This document shows, one piece after another, positions 1-12,083 of a stretch of DNA of 64,000 nt. The notes below the pieces were generated by a model, which was not told the origin of the DNA, did not search any database, and worked only from the letters and a program-made list of their open reading frames with translations. Numbering within the stretch: position 1 is the stretch's first letter; each line of letters opens with the position of its first letter. A program made the position numbers and the translations under genes. This DNA comes from Octopus sinensis (lineage: Eukaryota): NCBI RefSeq assembly GCF_006345805.1, contig NW_021836139.1, forward strand, positions 124,001 to 188,000. The letters run 5' to 3'.

Positions 1-175
1 ATATGTTATTGAGATGGGTTTCTTGCTGACTACGTGATGGGCTGTACAAGTCCCTAATGTGTGTTGTTTGCAGAATATTTTTAGTATTTCAGCGACTATA
101 CCTGATGGCCGGGCTGGCTAAAGACCATATGTACTGCATAGCCGTATATTTCAATAGCTGGTCCTGTTGTTGAGT

Positions 176-657
176 TTACATGGTGTAGTCTCTCCCTCTT
201 TCATGCATTATCCTCATCCACAGACATATTATTAGAGAATTTCCAAACCATGTCCCTAAATTTTTAGTATCATGAGAGGCGAGTGTGTCGCTATCATCAA
301 ATACACATCTTACTAAAGATATCCTGGTTAATATTTCCACTGATATGCTGGATCGTAATACGGAACAGCTCATCTTTGTTATCTTTACGTAAAAGAATAT
401 TGGCAAACTTCTTTCCAATTGTCTCTTTGCTGGCGTCTGGCTTCTCTTCAATGTGTTGGATACTTTTCTGTCTTCTCCAGCCTTTTTCGCCTTCCACTTA
501 TACAATCAGGTCTCTTTCTTTTTTTGGTTGTATTCAATTTGTACAAGTAAAATCCTCTAAGAAGCATGTGGTGGATATATAAATTGCTTGACACAAGCAA
601 CATTGGAATAATTCTTTCGGTAGCACAAGGAGTTGTCACACCCAGTGACTGTTGCAA
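176..657 (-). mobile_element. Possible highly decayed Penelope-like GIY-YIG endonuclease remnant
   Basis: Frame-broken peptide 'CVFDDSDTLASHDTK...NSLII...MHERGRD' loosely resembles the PLE endonuclease C-terminal pattern (FD...IL..E....E..I...MN..G). Weak similarity only. Confidence 0.3.
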
Positions 658-720
658 TATAAATTAACTGTTACTAGAGCAAAAGAAATGTTTTGACTTC
701 AGGGCCATCAAATCACAGGA

Positions 721-1080
721 CTCTCTTTACTCTTTTACTCTTTTACTTGTTTCAGTCATTTGACTGCGGCCATGCTGGAGCACCGCCTTTAGTCGAGCAA
801 ATCGACCCCGGGACTTATTCTTTGTAAGCCCAGTACTATCGGTCTCTTTTGCCGAAACGCTAAGTTACGGGGACTTAAACACACCAGCATCGGTTGTCAA
901 GCAATGCTTGGGGGACAAACACAAACACACACACACACACATATATATATATACGACAGGCTTCTTTCAGTTTCCGTCTACCAAATCCACTCACAAGGCT
1001 TTGGTCGGCCCGGGGCTATAGCAGAAGACACTTGCCCAAGATGCCACGCAGTGGGACTGAACCCGGAACCATGTGGTTGG
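721..1080 (-). mobile_element. tRNA-derived SINE family A (CORE-like body, internal microsatellite, (GAGTAAAA)n tail), head-truncated
   Basis: Matches the fuller copies at 41881-42311, 54513-54965, 56690-57125 and 60160-60606 in this window (e.g. ctttagtcgagcaaatcgacccc...gacttattctttgtaagcc). Confidence 0.9.
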
Positions 1081-2039
1081 TTAAAACAGAAAATTATAGT
1101 GCGACTGGATTACATTCATTCGCACGTCCTATAGTCTAGGAAAAGCTAAGAAAGCCTGATTTAGATGAACGAATGGTTTATGTGAGTCATGCTAACCCTG
1201 TACAGGGATTCCATTTGCAAGATGATTATAACTGAGTTATAATCAAGACCCAGTTCTCTGTCCCACTTGTAGATTATAGTTCTGAAGGGAGTTTAAGAGC
1301 TCACAAATGAATGCTTTTCCCTGCCATCAGGGAATTGTCTATGCTCAAATCGGAGAAAAGTAGTTGATCAGAGCAATTCACAATATACCAAAAGTAAAAT
1401 TATGGATACACAAGAGATGCAGTAGATCACAAGCGGGTTGTCAGGAAAATAAATATTTGTATTTAGCAGATGCACAGGAGAGGTTTGATGAAGCAGCATC
1501 AATGAAATAGATCTTTTCAACTGGTGTAAGTGTTCTCTCGAAGTAGTTGATAGCATCTATTACTTTGGTGACTAGATAGAAATGGAGGTAGTTTCTTTTT
1601 TGATATCATAGAAGGTAAAATTCTGTTGTGTCTGGGGAGAGTCAATTTCTTTTTGTGCCTTATAATGTAACACACTCACCGGTACGGTAAAACTTCCATT
1701 TATTTCTTATTATTATTTTCCTAAAATTTTCGTTGCGTCTTGCAACCTTTTCAATAGTAAGTGTATTAAATTATAAGGCACAAAAAGAAAATGACTCCCC
1801 CCTCCGCCCCCAGACACAACAGAATATGCTTCAACACACGAACTCACATAAAGAATCTTGCAAACCAAATCCAAAAACGAAAGAAGGTAAAATGTTATTA
1901 CTTCTATTGGCAACAAAGGGATTTTTCTCTTTGAGTGGAAGGTACGAAGGCACAACATGGATAGTGATTGCATAGGATTTATGGATTTTGAAAAAGATAA
2001 AAATAAAAAGATGAAACAAAATGTTCTGATTTAGGGGTT

Positions 2040-2230
2040 ACGTTAGTGTGCATAAATGACTGAACGCAAATAAACTGGAAGAAAAATTGGGTGTTATAAG
2101 ACTAACCAGATGTGGAATGCAAAAGAGCAAAATACTCTGGTATGGACTTGAGCAGCAGATGAAGGTGGACTGTTGAAATACCAAGTAGTCAAAGTGGAAA
2201 GGATCTGTTTTATTGGAACGCTGAAGTAGA
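2040..2230 (+). mobile_element. Decayed RTE-type LINE 3' coding fragment
   Basis: Translates as 'LNANKLEEKLGVI...CGMQKSKILWYG', resembling the RTE ORF C-terminal 'LREKLG...RRLRWYGHV' motif. Contains stops. Confidence 0.5.
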
Positions 2231-2497
2231 CGTGCGAAAAATTGGTGAAAACGTAGATGTATGACTGAAAGGTAGCAAAGAGGCAAAGATTCATGAGATG
2301 CGGTGCTACAGAAATTCACTTTGAAAAACTGGACATAAAATATACACTGAAGCACATACAGTCATACATACACACGCGCGCATACACACACACAGTCATA
2401 CATACACACGCGCGCATACACCACACACACACGCACACACAAGTATATACAAATCAATACATACTTATCGCTACGCGTATATCCTTTATATTCGATC

Positions 2498-2690
2498 TTT
2501 TCCTTGTTTCTGTCATTAGACTGCGGTCGTGCTGGAGTACAGCGTAGTGTAGCATGCAAAAACAATAGGCAAAGAATGAATTAACCCAGAAGTTTTTGTT
2601 TTTTGTATTGAACCTGGTACTTATTCTATCGGTCTTTTTGCCAGACCGTTAGGTTACGGGGACGTAATCACAGGCACAAAGACACACACA
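2498..2690 (-). mobile_element. SINE family A 3' fragment (degenerate)
   Basis: 'tacttattctatcggtctttttgccagaccgttaggttacggggacgtaa' matches the family A tail region. Confidence 0.7.
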
Positions 2691-3116
2691 GATATATAAA
2701 TATATACATATACATACTTGAATGTGCGTTGGGAGATTGTCTTAGCCCGTTTGCCTTCGGACGGTTGATTTCTATTGTTATTATCAGGGTATTTTGGTGA
2801 TTTAAATAAGAGATTTGACTGTTATTTCCTGCAGGAAGACATACTTAGTATGTCCTTTGATTAATTATATATACATTATTATTCTTTTCATTCTTTCCTT
2901 CTTCCTATCAGCCCTTTCACACTTCGTTCATTCCACTATTCCACTCTTCGTTCTTTTTTTCCCTCTCTCTCACATTTTCTGGCCTTCTCTTCATGCTCAC
3001 TTTCCATATCGAGGGGGTGTATTTCTACGCAGGAAAAAAATATAGGCAAATTTGTTGTTGAAAATGCACCTAAATTTGAAAAACTTGCAATAAATGAATA
3101 AATTTATTTACATATA

Positions 3117-3158
3117 TACCAAACTAGTTTCAACAATATTTTTTGTTTATCAACGGTA
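3117..3158 (-). ncRNA. Minimal type I hammerhead ribozyme motif, U3:A8 core variant
   Basis: Minus strand: UACCG-UUGAUAA-ACAA aaaaua UUGU-U-GAAA-C UA G-UU/UGGUA. Stem I, stem II and a palindromic ACUAGU stem III are present. Confidence 0.6.
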
Positions 3159-4652
3159 AAAATTTAGAATTATGAATTGAAAGAACATCTTTAAAAGTTT
3201 CAATGTTGACAAATTAAAATGTTCATAACAGAAAAATTTAGAATTATGAATTAGAAAAACATGTTCAAAACTTTTGATGTTGACAAGTTTTAATGTTCAT
3301 AACAGTCAATGATATTAAAATCGTGCATTAATTTGTTTGAATGTACAAAGCTCATTAATGTTAGTAGTGATCGACAAGAAATGAATATTATCAAAGTTTC
3401 AGTCGTACTGAGGGAAAAAAAGCAAGCGAGAAATGAAGATTGTAAAATAAGGGATTTGGGTTATAGTTTCTCTGATCCTCTTTCCGTCGTGTGTAGGAAC
3501 TTTTGTTGTAGTTGTAGTTGTAGCGGTGTGTTTTGGAATCCGGTGTATTTATAATTTTTTCCGTGAGTGGATCTGATTTTTGATTCGTTAAAGTACTGGT
3601 GACGTCTTGTTTTTCCGGTGGTCAAATTTGTCATTCTGCATGGCTGGCTTCCCTGTGGGGGATGGTCTTCAGTCATTCCGGCTGGTTGATTCTCTTAAAG
3701 GGTCATTTTGTTGTATTGGATTGGTCTAGTGACGTCGGCGACTGGTGTTTGTAAAATTTCATTGGTCTAGAGATAAGTGACGTTGGCAACTGGTGTTTGT
3801 ATGGTGATTTGGAGTTGCTGTTTCGAAACCTGGGTGGAACACTGTTACTAAAGTTTTTAAAATTGTTTGTTGTTCCTGATTGTTTTTTATGGGGAAATTC
3901 AGTCTTTTTCCCTTTTTCTCTTTAGTTTCCAGTGCATTGTTAGAGAGGGAAGATTTAGTATTTCGGGTTTATGTTTACGGGGCATTGGTCTAGGTGCTGG
4001 CTAATGGGAATTTTCTTAGTCGTGGGGTCCCGGATTTGTTGCCCGTGCACCGTTAGTCTGTCCCACAAGGTTAAATTAGTTTGACCTGTGTAGTCTCTAC
4101 CACACCCTCCACACATTGAAGACATAGATTAAGTTCTTCGAAGCACAGGTGAAGTGATTTTTTATGGTAAAAGTTTGACTTGACTTAAATTTGTATGTTG
4201 TACCCTCTAAGAGGAACATGCAAGCTCCGCAGAAGGGGTGGTTGCACTTTTTGACTAGTGGGTTTATTTTTGGTGGGTAATTTGGCGCTGGTGAGTAATG
4301 TTTTTAGGGATTACGGTTGTCTCTTGCTTTCGATAATCCTATGTGTTTCCAGTGCCTTTTCATTCGCAGGTCCTTCATAAGAGGGGGTATGTTTTGGTGG
4401 ATCATGTATGCTATCATATTTCTCGGATTGTGTGTTGATCCGTAAGATACATTTTTATGTGTGTCATGGTGTTTTCTTGTTTACCGTAATACTTGGATGT
4501 CTATCATTTTTGCACTGGCTGGGTATTTTCTATCTAGTAATGTGTTTTTAAGTTCTTGAAGTCGCGTTTCTCGGGTTTCAGGATTTGATGCAATCGTGCA
4601 AATTCTTCTTACTAAGTTGAAGACGTTTTTTCAATTCATAATTCTAAATTTT

Positions 4653-4694
4653 TACCATTGATAAGCAAAAAGTATTGTTGAAACTAGTTTGGTA
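4653..4694 (+). ncRNA. Minimal type I hammerhead ribozyme motif, U3:A8 core variant
   Basis: UACCA-UUGAUAA-GCAA aaagua UUGU-U-GAAA-C UA G-UU/UGGUA. Perfect 5-bp stem I; predicted cleavage after U4689. Confidence 0.65.
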
Positions 4695-4761
4695 TATATG
4701 CAAATAAATTTATTTTAAACAATTACAAGTTTTTCAATATATATATATATATATATATATA

Positions 4762-4847
4762 TTCTTTCCTGAGCGTCAAATAATACTTTAATTGTTCCAC
4801 GTCCTCGCGTTGATGTATTTTTTTCTGTGTTTCTTGTTTGGATTAAC
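4762..4847 (+). repeat. Fragment of the short (TA)n-anchored repeat seen at 59575-59760; lacks the ribozyme part
   Basis: Reverse complement of 59575-59660 (ttctttcctgagcgtc.aataatacttt..ttgttccacgtcct.gcgttg...tgtttgga.taac). Confidence 0.8.
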
Positions 4848-4999
4848 TATAATATATATATATATATATTATATATATGCAATTCGTAAAAGTTCGCCAT
4901 TTACAGGATGTAATATATGTAAACTCCCCATGTGCTTCGTTGATTTGATCAGTTAGCTGATCGGCTTAAGCGGGCAGGGTCGTTTATTTATGATACTTC

Positions 5000-5046
5000 A
5001 GGCCTGCTGATGAATACGTAGTATGAAATCACTGTGATACAGGTCT
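5000..5046 (+). ncRNA. Type I hammerhead ribozyme, canonical core
   Basis: AGGCCUG-CUGAUGA-AUAC gua GUAU-GAAA-UCA cug UGA-UA/CAGGUCU. 7-bp stem I (one G-U), 4-bp stems II and III, AUA cleavage triplet ending at 5039. Confidence 0.8.
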
Positions 5047-5301
5047 ATATTTTTTAAATGTCTTACTTTGAAAAATTGCATTCGGTGGGATTAGTATATT
5101 TTGGTAGAATGACTAATTGTCCCTCTAGCGTGTGGCATGTATGTATAATGCTCTCTGGCATGTATGTATAATGCCCTCTATATATAAATTAATATGTTCA
5201 ATAAGAAATAATTATTTCGAAATTATTCTCTTATGAGGTTTCACGCTATCTACCTGACAATTTCTTGTTAAGTTTCCTTATTAAGTAGTTGTCCTTAATT
5301 G

Positions 5302-5339
<38 letters not shown>

Positions 5340-5347
<8 letters not shown>

Positions 5348-5629
5348 GAAAGTTTCACCGAAGTCGTGTCTCGCCTTGATCTTCGAAATGCGGGTAGAGG
5401 AAACAGAGGCGACTGAAGATAGGGGAATTTTTCTTGTGTTATATGTCCTGTACTCTATTGTTTCATTGTTTAAGAAAAATGTCCATTTCCTTGGGTTTGT
5501 GTTATGTTTCGTTTCTCATTGTGTTCGAGGTTTTTTGTGTCCTGTACCCATATATGCATGTATAACATGTAGATTTAGGTACGTACATATATGTATGTAT
5601 ATATGCATATGTTTTATTTATTAATTTGT

Positions 5630-5638
<9 letters not shown>
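5340..5638 (+). repeat. Short interspersed repeat ending in (TA)n (probably PLE-derived); second copy at 18880-19150 on minus
   Basis: Shared sequence 'gcgactgaaga.aggggaattt..cttgtgtt...ctgtactc...tttaagaaaaatgtcca.ttccttgg...cctgtacccatat.tgc.tgtata'. Confidence 0.75.
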
Positions 5639-5679
<41 letters not shown>

Positions 5680-5726
5680 ATAACAAATTAATAAATAAAA
5701 CATATGCATTTATATATATATATATC

Positions 5727-5754
<28 letters not shown>

Positions 5755-5757
<3 letters not shown>

Positions 5758-5965
5758 CGTTGCTCCAACATGGCCGCATTCAGATGATTGAAACAAGAAA
5801 AAGAAAAAGAATGAAAGACTATAACTGCTTACAGTTTCCGCCTACTAAATCTACTTACAAAGCGTTGGTCAGCCCGCGATTATAGAAGACATTTGGCCAA
5901 GATGCCACGCAGTAGGACTGAACGCGGAAGTAACTTCTTACCACACTGCCATGCCTTCGCCTATG
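5755..5965. mobile_element. SINE family A fragments (tail on +, head on -)
   Basis: 'gctccaacatggccgcattcagatgattgaaacaag' (tail) and 'cagtttccgcctactaaatc...ggccaagatgccacgcagtaggactgaac' (head, minus). Confidence 0.7.
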
Positions 5966-7394
5966 CACACACATACCCAGTCACCCCCAATCCCACACAT
6001 AAACAAACATATATATATATGTAATTAGTCACCCATATGTTTAGGTTTGTGGGTGAGTGCGTATATATGTAATCACGTAAAATAACAGGTTTTACATCAG
6101 AGTGTCCTTGTCCTAGAAGCATGCTGTGACAATATTTCAAGAGCCCTCACTCCTTGCTGTTGGAGTCCTGACACAAACCGAGGGTAATTCATTACCCCAC
6201 GCGCTCAGATGGATTGTCTTAAGATGAGCAAGTTAGTACATAGCCGGGATCCTGGCAAGTGCTACTATTCCAAGTCAGAGGAGACCTGGGAACAATCGTA
6301 GCTAAGAGATGGTCCCACTCTCCTCAAATCCCTGGAACTCACTGGAGTATCACTAAAGGATCCAGTCATACCCAGGTTATCACGCATCGGCCTATCACTA
6401 AGTACTAATCACGGTAGCTCAGGGAATGGTACTCATGTTGTACAAGCGTTTATCACTATAATCCGATGACGTACAGATGTCACTTTATCGTGACTCTATG
6501 GGTCTTTCCATCTACTGAAAATCCCAGGGCAATGGAAGAATGGTGGCGTGCGAAGACCTGACCAGTTGGAAGTGCACAGTAAGTGACAACTTCTGTCTAT
6601 CGCTTATGCTTCAAACCATGTCTATCTGCTGCGTAACTGTATAGATATGTATAGATATTTGGGAGGTCATGAACGGGAAATCAGAAAAAACCATTGATAA
6701 CGAGGAAGCACAAGGAGATGCCAAACATCTATGAAGATGGAGCATACATACATCACCATGTATGTATGAATGTATGTATGTATGCATGTTTGCCTAGTTT
6801 AATTTTTCCAATTTCTCACCAAGGGAGAAAAAGCCAGCTTATAGCTTAAGAACAAGACACTTCCATTAGAATTTAGATATCACAGGGCTAGTCAAGTATG
6901 AACGTACGAACGTACGTATGCATGTATGTATTCACATAGCTATATATATATGCACGTATGTATGTACATGCGTACGTATGAATATATACATAACTATGGC
7001 TATACGTGTACATATCGTACATCTTATGAATTTTATCGTACTTATACACTTTCAATTTACATTATTTCATCATCCTTCAATAATACGTTTCGCTACAGTT
7101 TACCCCGCTTTTCTTATCTATCTCCCGTTCTATCTATTTTACTCAACCATCATTCTTTTGCTGCATCTGTATACCTTTGTCTTCCTCTCTCCAATTTCTC
7201 TCCACATCTGTCTCCCCCCACCTGTCTCTACCTCGTCCTCAAACTCTCTTCATATCATTGGAACCCTCTTCTCATTACCCATATATTTCTAAATATATTT
7301 TCCTCTCTCTCTCTCTCCTACTTTCTCCCGCCTTTTCTCTCTCATACTTTCACTATTATTTTGCTTCTTGTTTTATATGCATATATATATATAA

Positions 7395-7425
<31 letters not shown>

Positions 7426-8502
7426 ATATTATATACATACATATAATTCCAACTATCTCCTTCCCATTATTTCCCTGCTCTGTGTGTCCCCATCTCTCTC
7501 TCTCTCTCTCCCCATCTTTCTCTCTTCCTCTCATTCACTTGCTACTAATTACTTTCACTTCATCTATTTTCCCCTTTCTATCTGAATTATTCTATTTCTT
7601 TTTTCCTGTTTCCCCATCTCTTGCTCTCACCTTCTTTCTATCTGTCTATTTATCTATCTACTACACACTATCTCTCTCCATGATTCCTTATATTTTTTCA
7701 TCTGCTCCCCCCTGTTTTCTCTGTTTGACCATGTCTACATGTGTCTACATGCATACCTTGAATAGAATTCATGCATTCACTGGATATTTTTCATCTCAAC
7801 TATTATGCTCAAAACCAGAATATCAAAGATTATCTTGTTCAAATAACATCAGACCAATACATAGAAATACAGGGATACACACACAAACACATACATAAAC
7901 ACACACATGCCAACACATACTTGTATATGTATGTATGCACATATATATTAAAATACACGCCGACAAATAAAAATCAAAAATACACATCTACACAGACACA
8001 CATTCAAAACAGAAACATAAATGCTCTCACATGCATACACTCTTCAGAATTCTTTTTCAGTTCAGGCTATATTGAAGCCTTGTTATCTAAGCTTGGTTTG
8101 ATGAGATACAATGACCAGAACAACGAACTGCATGCTCCCTACTACACCCATTACTATTATTTGAAGACTGCTTTGATGATAGAATTGTATGAAGAAATAA
8201 AAGGTTAGAATATGTATAGAAAACATGCATGTAATATATGCATATACAATATTTACATACATCATACATGCATATATATATATAATGATTTTAGTATATA
8301 TATATATATAGGGAAATATTAACAACAATTGAAATATTATATGATAAAGAACTCAATACGTAAAATCAAGTCGAATATTTAGTTATTCATAATACATGTG
8401 CGTGTGTATATATATATATATACATGAATGTGTGTATATATTATATATATACATGTATATATATGTAAGTTATGTATGTATTATGTACACATACATATAT
8501 AG

Positions 8503-8556
<54 letters not shown>

Positions 8557-8586
8557 GTATATATAAAACAAGATGCGAAGGATTCA

Positions 8587-8663
8587 GCGGTACATATGTT
8601 TCGGGCCTTTATTAGACAGATTTATAACATGCATAATGTATGTCTGTGGCCTTCTTCAGCCGC
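8587..8663 (-). ncRNA. Minimal type I hammerhead ribozyme (mirror of 12007-12083)
   Basis: Reverse complement reads GCGG-CUGAAGA-A GGCC...GGCC C-GAAA-C AUAU G-UA/CCGC. Confidence 0.75.
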
Positions 8664-11600
8664 GCACAACAGCTTCCACAAGGACATGTGTTACATCAAA
8701 ATTCTTGGTTGGGGATGCAATCCTCCCATTCACGTACGACATAATGCGGCAGCAGCATAGAATTGAAGCGTCCATCTCTTTCTTCTCTCAATGTAGAATG
8801 AGGAAAATTGGATGTTGAGGTAATGTAAAAAATAAATACATATATAGAGGTGAAGATGGAGGGGCTAGAGTTCGGGACGAGGGATAAAAAATTATAAAAA
8901 GTGTAAGTATAGAATAATATAAAAATGTAGAGGATAAAGCTATAAAGAGTTGTAAGGAGATGTAAAGGGGGTATAAAGAAATATAAAGAAAATATAAATA
9001 AATGTAAAGGCATAAGGTTATAAAGTAAAAATAGAAATAGAAATAAAAGTAAAAAACCTGATAAAAACATGATAAAAGTGTAAAAAATGTAAAGATAAGG
9101 GATGTGTAGAGGTTACGGGACCAAGCATGGTGGTCAGGAGATTGATAAAATTTAGTTGTAGAATTGTCGTAAATCAACAGTTCGTCTGGGACCTAATGCG
9201 TTGTAAATCAGAGCTGATGAGCATTTAATCTGGTTCCTTGAATTAAATGGACTTCTAGTACATCATATCATCATGGATACATACACCCACATACACGCGT
9301 ACATATACGCCTCCAAGCTTATAAGCGTACACCCGCACTCGCGTGTAAACACGTACATCAACACACACGCACCCACACGCACGCGCGTACACACACATAC
9401 ATACAACAACAGAATATCCGCATGTATACACGGACATTATGCTCGTACACACTCACATGTATATACGTGCGCCCATCACTACATACACACACGTATATGC
9501 CCACGCCTCTAGGTCTAGGTATAAGATATTAAAGGATGTGTATAAGAACGTATGTAAAGAATCCCGTATTCATGTCTATACGTGCACGCACACACGGCTG
9601 TGTGTCCGTATGTGCGTGCACATATACACTCACATACACACACAGAGACACACGCGCACATGGGTATAGCTATAAAATATCGAAGTATGCATGTACATAT
9701 ATGCGTGTGCATATGTATGTATGCGTATACACACGTACGCGGACGCTCGTATAGTCAAAAGTGGATCCATAGGTAAGTAATAAACATATATGGAGGTGTA
9801 AAACGATAAGTTATGGGTAAAATGAGGGTAAGGGTAAAGATTAGAAATAAAAAATACAGTATAAAATAAAATACAATGTAATAGTTAGAAATGAAATATA
9901 AGATTATAAAAATTATAAGAGTTAAGGTAAGCTGCACCTTATTTAATAATAGAGCAGGATGCCAATGTTGTGTAGAACTCCTGAACATCTTGAAATTCAA
10001 AGACAAACACAATCTTATTAACAAAGGTCAGAGTTCAAACCATCCTGTATACATAAACTTATTAATACTTTCAAATACTACAATGCTTAGGTCCTATACC
10101 AACTCCCCTATGCAATTTCCTCCCACCCGGTGCAACCTGTCGGCTCCAGCACATCCCGCTTTCCTATATGTGCGTGTATGTGTGTATGTGTGTGTGTGTA
10201 CATATGTATGTGCACATACGTGTACGTATGTGTACATATATATATATATATATGTACATGTGCGTGTGTGTGTGTGTGTGGGTGTGTGTATGTGCATATA
10301 CGGTTCCCTGCGTTTTCCTCCTATATATACAAATTTTGTCTCCCATATATGACTTCTTTTCCCTAAATATTTCTTCTCCTACACCCATATCCTCCCTATG
10401 TAGTCTCTTTAATTCCCTATATCTATACCCTTTCACATTTCTAACTCGGATGTTGAATGCACACCGCCAAACTCCACTTCCCACCCTTCCAATTTTCAGT
10501 TCCCCCCCGCGCCCCTACGTTTAACACACACCTCTAACTTTCAACCACCTTCATCTCATGTTAAACTTTACCAAATTATATTTTTATCTTACTTTATTTT
10601 ATTTTATTTTTATTTGTACTTTTATTTTATTTTTTTTTTTATTTTACTTTTATCCTACTTCCATTTATTTTTATTTTTAATTTTATTTTTACTTTTATTC
10701 TACTTCCATTTATTCTCATTTTTATTTTCATCCCTTACCTTAACTCTTATAATTTTTATAATTCTTATATTTCATTTCTAACTATTACATTGTATTTCTT
10801 ATTTTATACTGTATTTTTTATTTCTAATCTTTACCTTACCCTCATTCTTACCCATACCTTATCGCTTTACACCTCCATATATATTTATTTACTTACCTAT
10901 GGATCCACTTTTGACTATACGAGCGTCCGCGTACGTGTGTATACGCATACATACATATGCACACGCATATATGTACATGCATACTTCGATATCTTATAGC
11001 TATACCATGTGCGCGTGTGTCTCTGTGTGTGTATGTGAGTGTATATGTGCACGCACATACGGACACACAGCCGTGTTTGCGTGCACGTATAGACATGAAT
11101 ACGGGATTCTTTACATACGTTCTTATACACATCCTTTAATATCTTATACCTAGACCTAGAGGCGTGGGCATATACGTGTGAGTATGTAGTGATGGGCGCA
11201 CGTATATACATGTGAGTGTGTACGAGCATAATGTCCGTGTATACATGCGGATATTCTGTTGTTGTATGTATGTGTGTGTACGCGCGTGCGTGTGGGTGCG
11301 TGTGTGTTGATGTACGTGTTTACACGCGAGTGCGGGTGTACGCTTATAAGCTTGGAGGCGTATATGTACGCGTGTATGTGGGTGTATGTATCCATGATGA
11401 TATGTATGTACTAGAAGTCCATTTAATTCAAGGAACCAGATTAAATGCTCATCAGCTCTGATTTACAACGCATTAGGTCCCCAGACGAAACTGTTGATTT
11501 ACTGACAATTCTACAACTAAATTTTATCAATCTCCTGACCACCATGCTTGGTCCGTAACCTCTACACATCCCTTATCTTTACATTCTTTTACACTTTTAT

Positions 11601-12006
11601 CATGTTTTTATCAGGTTTTTTAATTTTATTTCTATTTCTATTTTTACTTATAACCTTATGCCTTTACATTATTTATATTTCTTATATTTTCTTTTTTACC
11701 CCCTTTACATCTCCTTACAACTCTTTATAGCTTTATCCTCTACATTTTTATATTATTCTATACTTACACTTTTATACATTTTTTATCCCTCGTCCCGAAC
11801 TCTCGCCCCTCCATCTTCACCTCTATATATGTATTTATTTATTTACATTACCTCAACATCCAATTTTCCTCATTCTACATTGAGAGAAGAAAGAGATGGA
11901 CGCTTCAATTCTATGCTGCTGCCGCATATGTCGTACGTGAATGGAGGATTTCATCCCCAACCAAGAATTTTGATGTAACACATGTCCTTGTGGAAGCTGT
12001 GTGTGC

Positions 12007-12083
12007 GCGGCTGAAGAAGGCCACAGACATACATATGCATTGTTATAAATCTGTCTAATAAAGGCCCGAAACATATGTACCGC
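12007..12083 (+). ncRNA. Minimal type I hammerhead ribozyme, sense to the PLE ORF
   Basis: GCGG-CUGAAGA-A GGCC(long insert)GGCC C-GAAA-C AUAU G-UA/CCGC. Canonical core, palindromic ACAUAUGU stem III, GUA site ending at 12079. Confidence 0.78.

Larger units (their letters stand above)
3075..4738 (-). mobile_element. 5'-truncated Penelope-like element bounded by ~115-bp inverted repeats (3075-3190 / 4625-4738)
   Basis: Minus-strand peptides: 'FNLVRRICTIASNPETRETRLQELKNTLLDRKYP...STHNPRN' (PLE RT thumb, ~4400-4625) and 'NLIYV..CGGCGRDYTGQTNLTLWDRLTVHGQQIRDP..IPISQHL' (GIY-YIG, ~3980-4120). The terminal inverted repeat was read directly. Confidence 0.85.

Noticed and set aside
5345-5430. CTGAAGA and GAAA strings in the 5340/18880 repeat family
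   Set aside because: Order and pairing do not give a complete hammerhead in either copy.
8062-8204. Plus-strand exon-like segment (GYIEALLSKLGLMRYNDQNNELHAPYY…) with AG/GT borders
   Set aside because: No recognisable protein family and no in-phase partner exon found. Unresolved without RNA data.
9208-9262. CTGATGAG followed by an 8-bp hairpin (mirrored at ~11405-11455)
   Set aside because: No GAAA, stem III or stem I after the hairpin; at most a dead relic.
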